Virus record (IMG/VR): IMGVR_UViG_3300027754_000035
DNA from: a virus
Taxonomy: Duplodnaviria > Caudoviricetes
Length of the DNA: 64,000 nt
Direction: 5' to 3' (one strand)
The notes under the pieces are model-generated. The model made no database searches, was not told the DNA's origin, and saw only the letters and a list, made by a program, of their open reading frames with translations. Below, piece by piece: positions 57,476 to 64,000 of this stretch; positions within the stretch are counted from its first letter, which is position 1, and each line of letters opens with the position of its first letter. The translations under genes were made by a program, and so were the position numbers.

Positions 57476-58369
57476 TTATTTGGTAGCCTTTCCATCGCAC
57501 GCTTTCTTGTAATGTGTACAATACTTGCAGTTCTTTTTGCTGTTACCGGGAATTTTTGGATACTCATTGTCGGCATTATAAGTACCATCGGTATTGAATC
57601 CGTGATCCAGAAACCCAATGAAATTATTGATACTTTCTTTGATAGCCATTGTACCATGTGCGGGTACAAATGATTGAATACGATTCTGAGGGAAGGTAGA
57701 ATCAGCAAATAGCTTGCGTTTCACAATAAAGAATTCCACATCAATAGCGTCAAGCGGAACGTTGAACTTTTTGCTGTACACGCTCTTGTATAGATGCAAC
57801 TGTGCATATTTACTTTCATCGGCTTTTTGGTATTTATTCCAACCATTGCTGCTGGTTTTGATATCAATAATCCTATACTTTTCTTTGTTGGTTTCCTTCA
57901 ACACAACATCAACAAAACCAACAAAGTCTACATTATTTTTGAGTGAGATTTCCAATGGCAATTCAATACCAACCAACTCAAATTCCTTGGCTGGGAAATA
58001 TTTGACACGATTGCTTTGCTTGCTGAATGCGGCGATGATGTCCTCACCATCGTAGCAGAACTCGTTGTAGTCATCATCACTCAATACAACGCCAGCTTTG
58101 CGAATCTTATCCACTTCCTCGTCAAATTTGATCTTGAACATTTTGTTGAGTTCCAAATCAGCAGCAACACCTACACCTTCTTTGTACAGTGCGGTCAAGT
58201 ATGCTTGCAACACATGGTGGATTGCTGTACCAAAAGCGGTGTGGATATTATCGTCACGAACTCGAAGATTCTTAACGTAATCCAAATACCACTTATGAGG
58301 ACACTTCAGAAAAGTCGAATATTGACTAAAACTCACTCGGTTTTTCTTTTTTTGTTCTTGATCAGACAT
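57476..58369 (-). CDS. Cas4/RecB-like PD-(D/E)xK exonuclease with probable Fe-S cysteines
   Basis: SFSQ..TFLKCP, AFGTAIH, GFVDVV, IIDIKTS, QLHLY, CKYC......C; start moved to 58369. Confidence 0.85.
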   Translation of the reverse strand: MSDQEQKKKNRVSFSQYSTFLKCPHKWYLDYVKNLRVRDDNIHTAFGTAIHHVLQAYLTALYKEGVGVAADLELNKMFKIKFDEEVDKIRKAGVVLSDDDYNEFCYDGEDIIAAFSKQSNRVKYFPAKEFELVGIELPLEISLKNNVDFVGFVDVVLKETNKEKYRIIDIKTSSNGWNKYQKADESKYAQLHLYKSVYSKKFNVPLDAIDVEFFIVKRKLFADSTFPQNRIQSFVPAHGTMAIKESINNFIGFLDHGFNTDGTYNADNEYPKIPGNSKKNCKYCTHYKKACDGKATK

Positions 58370-58375
58370 ATACCC

Positions 58376-58403
58376 ATGATACACTATAACTAACGACTGT
58401 CAA
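58376..58403 (-). promoter_or_regulatory. Sigma70-like promoter
   Basis: On - strand TTGACA-16 nt-TATCAT; ATG 6 nt after the -10. Confidence 0.6.
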
Positions 58404-58426
58404 CTGTAACAACTATTTATTAGCGT

Positions 58427-59173
58427 ATGAAAAAATTATTCGCAATTTTGCTATGTTCTCTTGTTTTGAGCGTCCATGTTTATACAAATGATTTGTATCT
58501 ATATGATGCTGTTGAAAAAGTGGAACTCAACGAGGTCATCAACAACAAGTTAAATGTTCTACCAACCGCAGTTGGAAAGACATTCACGCTCACCAATGGA
58601 TTATCGGTGAACACGTCTACCAACGCAAACACCACCTATGTTTTGCCCCACCGCCTCGCAGTGTATCAGAAAGATAGTGGCGCAGCATACTTCAGTGCGG
58701 GTCAGATTGAATACACCAATGATTTTGTGCTACCAGCCGTGGTCAATGTAAAGGATCATGTGTTTAATTTCTCATATCAGGGTGAACTCTACTGCGTTAG
58801 TGAATCATCAAAGCAAAGCACCATTGGTACCAGCATGAACATGATTGTATTTGATCGTACCAAGCTATTTGTCAAAGCAGGCGACAAATTCACGCACGTT
58901 TATGTATTAGAAGGAACTGCAACAGTTCTTGACAATAAGAGCAAAAAGAAAAAAGTATTGAAGGCTGGAGATTATTTGGTCATTACTCCACAAGCTACAT
59001 TGAGTCCCCGTGAAGCAACAGTGACCAGTTTGGGCAATAGTTTCAGCATCAAAGAAGTGGAAGATGTGGAACGTGATGCACACGCAGCAGAAATTAAGAC
59101 TTTACAAAGCAAGTTGGATAATGTATTGTTTGTGAACTATGGCACCAACATATTTGGTGTTAAGTTACACTAA
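58427..59173 (+). CDS. Secreted FecR-like domain protein
   Basis: Signal peptide MKKLFAILLCSLVLS; THVYVLEGTATV...VLKAG is the FecR-type motif; late motif upstream. Confidence 0.55.
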   Translation: MKKLFAILLCSLVLSVHVYTNDLYLYDAVEKVELNEVINNKLNVLPTAVGKTFTLTNGLSVNTSTNANTTYVLPHRLAVYQKDSGAAYFSAGQIEYTNDFVLPAVVNVKDHVFNFSYQGELYCVSESSKQSTIGTSMNMIVFDRTKLFVKAGDKFTHVYVLEGTATVLDNKSKKKKVLKAGDYLVITPQATLSPREATVTSLGNSFSIKEVEDVERDAHAAEIKTLQSKLDNVLFVNYGTNIFGVKLH

Positions 59174-59400
59174 TGAGAATAGAACAACTAAAAAGTCTTG
59201 ATGAAGATGAATTGGCAATACTGTGGTATTGTATCAATAAAATTGAACCAACAGTAATTACGGGCATTGAGTTAGAGCCAGAATTGTTTACTTCTATTGA
59301 TCACAAAGCGTTGATGAATCGGGTAACAAACTGTAGAATTAACATAAAAGAAGAACACCACCAAGTTTTTGATGGACTTGTGGCGAAGTTACGAGTATAG
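59173..59400 (+). CDS. Hypothetical protein
   Basis: TAATG-coupled 75-aa ORF. Confidence 0.55.
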   Translation: MRIEQLKSLDEDELAILWYCINKIEPTVITGIELEPELFTSIDHKALMNRVTNCRINIKEEHHQVFDGLVAKLRV

Positions 59401-59415
59401 TAGTTACTGAACTGT

Positions 59416-62133
59416 ATGTATCAGAATATTTATTTCGACCGAAAAAGCAATACTTGCCATCTTTGGGACGATAAACAAGGTTATACCAATTTTGTATTTC
59501 GTCCATATGCTTATAAAAAGCGTCAAGGTGGTAAATACAAGAGTATGTCGGGCGAAGACTTGGAGAAGGTGTACAGCTTCAACCCCCGTGATCCTAGTTT
59601 GTTTGAGAGCGATGTACCCATTGATACTCGCATTCTAATTGACGCATACGAAGACAGCGATGATTCGTCTGAAGGTAACCGTGTTTTGTTTTTGGATATT
59701 GAGGTCAGCACCGAAGGTGGCTTTGCCAAGGAAGATGAAGCTGACAAAGAAATCACAGCTATTGCTATCTATGATAGTACAACCAGTAAGTACACAGCAT
59801 TCATTTTGGACCGCAATGGTCTGATGGAAGATATTGATACTCCCGAGAAAGAGATCAAAAGTTTTCGTGATGAAGATAGTATGTTGATGCACTTTCTCAG
59901 TAAATGGGAAGAGATTCAACCAACGATTGTCACTGGCTGGAACAGCAATCAGTTTGACATGCCGTATATTTACCGCAGGCTGAAATTTGTGGTGGGTTAT
60001 GACAACGCCAAACGTTTGAGTCCTATTGGAATTGCGTACATCAATGATTGGAACAAGCGATTGGTAATTGCTGGTGTCACGCATTTGGACTACATGAAGC
60101 TTTATGAAAAGCTCAATATTAAGAAAGAAGCAAGCTATTCATTGAACGCCATTGGTAAAAAAGTGGTGGGCATGGAAAAGATTAACTATCGTGGTAGTCT
60201 TGATACACTTTACAAAGAAGATATTAAGAAGTATGTGGCATACAACTTAAATGACGTGGAGATTATGGTGGCAATTGACAAAAAGTTGCAGTTCATTGAA
60301 CTAGCAAGAGCTATTTGTCACAAAGGTCACGTTCCATATGAATGTTATGATCGAAGTTCTCGATTCATTGAAGGTGCAATTTTGATGTTTCTACGCAGAA
60401 ACGGACAGGTTGCCAAGAATAAGCCTGTCGATGGTCGAGAGGAATATGAAAATAGAGAGGATTCAGATGAACAAGGATTTGAGGGAGCATATGTTAAGGA
60501 GCCTATTCCTGGTCGTTATGATTGGGTGTTTGATTTGGATCTCACATCAATGTATCCGAACATCGTCATCAGTCTTAACTTATCTCCTGAGACTAAAGTA
60601 GCAGTGATTGATCACATCGAATATGACGACGTTCATGTTGCGGATCGCAAACGTGAGCTTACTGATGATTGGGAAAATTTGAGCGATAAAGCCAAGAAGG
60701 AAACTTCGTTGGAGCAATACATTGATTTGCGACTTTATAGCTACAATTCTCGCATGTTTACTGCTGGTAAGATCACCAACTATTATGTTGGGTCAACTAA
60801 ATATAGTAGTACCGAACTTGTAAAACTATTGGAGACTTCCAATCTGAGTATTGCTAGTAATGGTGTATTGTATGACAAAACAACTCCAGGTGTGATTCCA
60901 AATATTCTGGTTAAATGGTTCGATGAGCGCAAAGAGATGCGAGCATTGGCAAAGAAATACGCCAAAGAAAAAGATTGGGAACAATATGAGTTTTATGAGC
61001 AGCGTCAAAAAGTGCAAAAGGTACTTCTCAACTCCATTTATGGTGTTTTGGGTCTGCCGATTTTCCGCTTTTATGACAAGGATAATGCTTCGGCTGTGAC
61101 GATCACTGGTCAAGATATTATCAAAACCACGGGCAAGGCAATCAACGAATACTTCAAAAATTCGCTGAATGAGACCGATGGTAATTGGGTAATTTATACC
61201 GACACCGACAGTTGTTTTGCCAGTGCATTGCCCATCATTCAGAAGAACATGCCCGATGTGGATTTGAATGATGATAAGCAAATGACCGATGCTATTCTAA
61301 AAGTAACTACTGAGGTTCAAACATTCGTGAATAAATTTTATGATCGAATGGCTCTACGATTGTTTAACATTTCTACACACCGATTTGACGCCAAGCAAGA
61401 AGTTATTGCCAAGACTAGTTTTTGGTTGAGCAAGAAACGCTATGCTCAGTTCATCATCAACGTTGCGGGTATTGATGTAAAAACAATGGAGGTCACCCAC
61501 GAAAACAAGGCAGAATTTGTGTTGGATGAATGTGGTAATCCCATCGCCAAGTTGGAAGTCAAGGGTATTGATGTGGTCAAGAGTTCATTTCCAATTTATT
61601 TTCGCAAATTCATGGAGAAGTTTCTACAAGATATTTTGCGCAAAACACCAAAAGAAAAAATCGACACAAACATTTTGGGATTGCTTGATGATTTGCCCAA
61701 CGCCAGTATCATTGATATTGCAAAAAACACAGGTGTCAAGTTTACGAGTAAGGATAAAAAGACTAACTTTAATCCTGTGACCCGCAATAAATTTAAGTAT
61801 GTCAAGGGTACAACCGCTCAATGCAAAGCTGCATTGGCATACAATGACTTGCTGAAGCATTGGGGTATTGATAATATGGTACCCCCGATCTTTCATGGTC
61901 AGAAAATCAAGTGGGTGTATTTGAAACAAAATCAATTTGGTCTGGAATGTTTGGCTATGAAAGCAGACGGTACCGACCCAGATCAAATGTTGGAATTTCT
62001 CAATTCGTATGTCGATAAACACACTATGTATGAGCAAGAGCTTAAGGGCAAGTTAAGCGATTTTTATTCAATCTTGACGTGGGCCTATCCCAATCAGAGC
62101 GATCAAAAATTGAATGAGTTTTTTGGATTTTAA
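59416..62133 (+). CDS. Family-B DNA polymerase (T4 gp43-like)
   Basis: Exonuclease FLDIE, GWNSNQFD, YNLNDV; polymerase DLTSMYP, KVLLNSIYG, YTDTDS, KKRY. Confidence 0.97.
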   Translation: MYQNIYFDRKSNTCHLWDDKQGYTNFVFRPYAYKKRQGGKYKSMSGEDLEKVYSFNPRDPSLFESDVPIDTRILIDAYEDSDDSSEGNRVLFLDIEVSTEGGFAKEDEADKEITAIAIYDSTTSKYTAFILDRNGLMEDIDTPEKEIKSFRDEDSMLMHFLSKWEEIQPTIVTGWNSNQFDMPYIYRRLKFVVGYDNAKRLSPIGIAYINDWNKRLVIAGVTHLDYMKLYEKLNIKKEASYSLNAIGKKVVGMEKINYRGSLDTLYKEDIKKYVAYNLNDVEIMVAIDKKLQFIELARAICHKGHVPYECYDRSSRFIEGAILMFLRRNGQVAKNKPVDGREEYENREDSDEQGFEGAYVKEPIPGRYDWVFDLDLTSMYPNIVISLNLSPETKVAVIDHIEYDDVHVADRKRELTDDWENLSDKAKKETSLEQYIDLRLYSYNSRMFTAGKITNYYVGSTKYSSTELVKLLETSNLSIASNGVLYDKTTPGVIPNILVKWFDERKEMRALAKKYAKEKDWEQYEFYEQRQKVQKVLLNSIYGVLGLPIFRFYDKDNASAVTITGQDIIKTTGKAINEYFKNSLNETDGNWVIYTDTDSCFASALPIIQKNMPDVDLNDDKQMTDAILKVTTEVQTFVNKFYDRMALRLFNISTHRFDAKQEVIAKTSFWLSKKRYAQFIINVAGIDVKTMEVTHENKAEFVLDECGNPIAKLEVKGIDVVKSSFPIYFRKFMEKFLQDILRKTPKEKIDTNILGLLDDLPNASIIDIAKNTGVKFTSKDKKTNFNPVTRNKFKYVKGTTAQCKAALAYNDLLKHWGIDNMVPPIFHGQKIKWVYLKQNQFGLECLAMKADGTDPDQMLEFLNSYVDKHTMYEQELKGKLSDFYSILTWAYPNQSDQKLNEFFGF

Positions 62134-62138
62134 CTGTT

Positions 62139-62852
62139 ATGAATATAGACCCACAGGTGGATAATGGAATCAGAGAAAATGTCGCCGCACCACAAGATGT
62201 ATACGACAATTTCAATGCATTGATGTTGGGCAACGATATTCGGGTTTTGACAAAGCTAGTAGCCAGAACAACCTTATTTCAGAGAGTAATAGATGTGCCC
62301 GGCGACATTGTGGAATGTGGTGTGTACAAAGGCACTGGCATTATGACGTGGCTTAAACTCAAGCGTATTTTGGCACCAAACGCATTCAAAAAAGTGATTG
62401 GTTTTGATATGTTTGACGCCGATGAATTGTTGAATACGTTGGATGGATTTGACAAAGATCGTATGTCTGATATGTTCAAAAATAGAAACTTTAACTACGA
62501 TTCCAAGTATTTGCAGACACTACACAATACCATCCAATCGGCGGGTTTCTCCACCAGTGACTACGAATTGATCAAAGGTGATATTTCCAATACTACTACG
62601 CGGTATGTAGCGCAACGTCCTGGAGCCAAAATCTCGTTGCTGTATCTTGATTTGGATCTGGAAACTCCCACGTATTATGCACTCAGTGCTTTATGGGATA
62701 GAGTTTCCAAAGGTGGATTGGTGGTATTCGATGAATATGCGTATCACCAATGGAGTGAAACACAAGGTGCCGACAAATTCTTTGCAAATAAAAATGTCAA
62801 GATACAAGCTTTGCCATTTTCAATGCCAACCGCAGTTGTGATAAAAGAATAA
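62139..62852 (+). CDS. TylF/MycF-family O-methyltransferase
   Basis: PGDIVECGVYKG, GFDMF, LIKGD, LLYLDLD, GGLVVFDEY. Confidence 0.85.
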   Translation: MNIDPQVDNGIRENVAAPQDVYDNFNALMLGNDIRVLTKLVARTTLFQRVIDVPGDIVECGVYKGTGIMTWLKLKRILAPNAFKKVIGFDMFDADELLNTLDGFDKDRMSDMFKNRNFNYDSKYLQTLHNTIQSAGFSTSDYELIKGDISNTTTRYVAQRPGAKISLLYLDLDLETPTYYALSALWDRVSKGGLVVFDEYAYHQWSETQGADKFFANKNVKIQALPFSMPTAVVIKE

Positions 62853-62855
62853 TTT

Positions 62856-63269
62856 ATGAAAAAAAATGCAGATTTGCTAAATATGCCCATTGGTGGTGGT
62901 AAAATTCCACTAAAATTTGTGGGTGGTGACACAGTTTGTACTGGGTATGATCGTGTTGTTATAGGTCAGCGTGGTCCGTATGTTGAGGTATCGCCATCAC
63001 AAATGTTGCTGCGTAAGCTATACATTCCTAAAAATCAATTGTACAGACTCAGCGATCCCAAAGTATACTACATAGAATTCAGAACCAACGATGATGCCAA
63101 CGCAATGGTGTATTATCAGATGCGTAATGTAGCATATGCTGACTATAAAATTGGATTCTATTACATTTCCCCCGACAACTTGGAACAAATTATCGATAAT
63201 ACAACAAAACCTTGTATGAAAAAATCGGTGATACACGTTCTATCCGAAGAATTTTTCGAAACAGTTTGA
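62856..63269 (+). CDS. Hypothetical protein
   Basis: GYDRVVIGQRGPYVE, YADYKIGFYYISP. Confidence 0.55.
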   Translation: MKKNADLLNMPIGGGKIPLKFVGGDTVCTGYDRVVIGQRGPYVEVSPSQMLLRKLYIPKNQLYRLSDPKVYYIEFRTNDDANAMVYYQMRNVAYADYKIGFYYISPDNLEQIIDNTTKPCMKKSVIHVLSEEFFETV

Positions 63270-63294
63270 CAAATACATAACCACACCATACACT
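63266..63294 (+). promoter_or_regulatory. Sigma70-like promoter
   Basis: TTGACA-17 nt-TACACT; ATG 8 nt after the -10. Confidence 0.6.
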
Positions 63295-63302
63295 ACATAG
63301 AT

Positions 63303-64000
63303 ATGAAGAAGACTACACTGAACACGTTCATCGACAAATACTCTCTCAATGGCACCATCGAATCAGTCAAATGGGTTGTTGACAGCAAAAATAAAGTAAT
63401 CACTACCAGTTCCATCAGCGACGACTCTGGTGTATTGAGCTTTGTAAGCATCAAAGATAATGCTGGATTGGATTCAATTGAAATCGGCGTAAATGATACA
63501 GCCAAACTCAAGAAGTTGCTCACAGTTCTGGGTGATGATGTTGAGATTGTACCCAACAAGACCAATGATAAGGTTACATCGTTGAGTATTGTCTGCGGCG
63601 AAACCGACGTGCAGTATTGCACTGCCGATCTGGGAGTCATTCCACCAGTTCCTCCACTTAAGAAGTTGCCACCATTCAATTTGGAAATTCCGTTGACCAA
63701 GGAATTCGTGGCAATCTTTATCAAAGCCAAGAGTGCTTTGAATGACATTGATGTTGTGACACTAAGCACAGATAAAAAGGGTAAGATCAAGATGACAATT
63801 GGTTATAGTAATGTCAACAGCAATCGTATCAATCTTGATATCAAGCCGATTGATGGTAAAGATAAGTTGGGTAAGACTTTGCACTTCAACGCTAAGTACT
63901 TGAAGGAAATTCTCACCAGCAACAGCGATTGTGAAAATGCGGTCTTGAAGGTGAGTGACGTTGGATTGGCACATGTTGAATTTAACAACGATATGTTTAC
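63303..64000 (+). CDS. Sliding clamp (gp45/PCNA-like), 3' partial
   Basis: Not in the ORF track because it runs off the end; my translation MKKTTLNTFIDKYSLNGTIESVKW...FNAKYLKEILTSN...LKVSDVGLAHVEF fits a clamp fold; near polB. Confidence 0.7.
   Translation, partial: MKKTTLNTFIDKYSLNGTIESVKWVVDSKNKVITTSSISDDSGVLSFVSIKDNAGLDSIEIGVNDTAKLKKLLTVLGDDVEIVPNKTNDKVTSLSIVCGETDVQYCTADLGVIPPVPPLKKLPPFNLEIPLTKEFVAIFIKAKSALNDIDVVTLSTDKKGKIKMTIGYSNVNSNRINLDIKPIDGKDKLGKTLHFNAKYLKEILTSNSDCENAVLKVSDVGLAHVEFNNDMF

Noticed and set aside
56731-57708. 325-aa version of the GT2 ORF in the track
   Set aside because: The first 80 codons overlap the nuclease gene; ATG 57468 is the better start.
63293-63790. 165-aa minus-strand ORF at the window end
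   Set aside because: Antisense to the open + strand sliding-clamp frame, which has a promoter.
1-64000. Stop-codon reassignment as in some large phages
   Set aside because: Long genes are intact in code 11 and TAG (513, 59400), TGA and TAA all end genes at sensible points.
1-64000. tRNA, rRNA, introns or inteins
   Set aside because: No cloverleaf or T-loop motif seen by eye; nrdA, nrdB, recA, helicase and polB look uninterrupted and near normal length. tRNAscan was not run.

Overview
A 64-kb segment of a large, AT-rich contractile-tailed dsDNA phage with distantly T4-like gene content, read in standard genetic code 11. I saw no tRNA, rRNA, CRISPR array or integrase. Layout: (1) 0.5-18.9 kb, + strand: neck, tail-terminator, tail-tube, tail-chaperone, tape-measure and baseplate genes, with two nucleotidyltransferases inserted around the tube gene. 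(2) 18.9-41.8 kb, mostly + strand: a truncated family-A polymerase, SSB, RecA, 5'-3' exonuclease, DnaB helicase, NrdAB, a MoxR-AAA/vWA pair, a DruA/DUF4338-like protein, a mucin-like Thr/Ser/Pro repeat protein, UvsE, clamp-loader small subunit and dNMP kinase. (3) 41.7-58.4 kb, - strand: a ~15-kb glycosylation island of about 12 glycosyltransferase-like ORFs, 2 methyltransferases, a nucleotide-sugar dehydrogenase and an embedded dUTPase, preceded by a Cas4-like nuclease. (4) 58.4-64 kb, + strand: a secreted FecR-like protein, family-B DNA polymerase, TylF methyltransferase and sliding clamp (partial). Most interesting: the glycosylation island together with a late-expressed mucin-like protein that has an orphan alternative C-terminal module behind it; a probable +1 programmed frameshift in the tail chaperone; a sense-strand TATTTAT(A/T) late-promoter motif (reverse complement of the T4 late promoter) and sigma70 promoters that both appear to give leaderless mRNAs; and two DNA polymerase families in one genome. 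Product names come from motifs I recognised by eye; no database searches were run.
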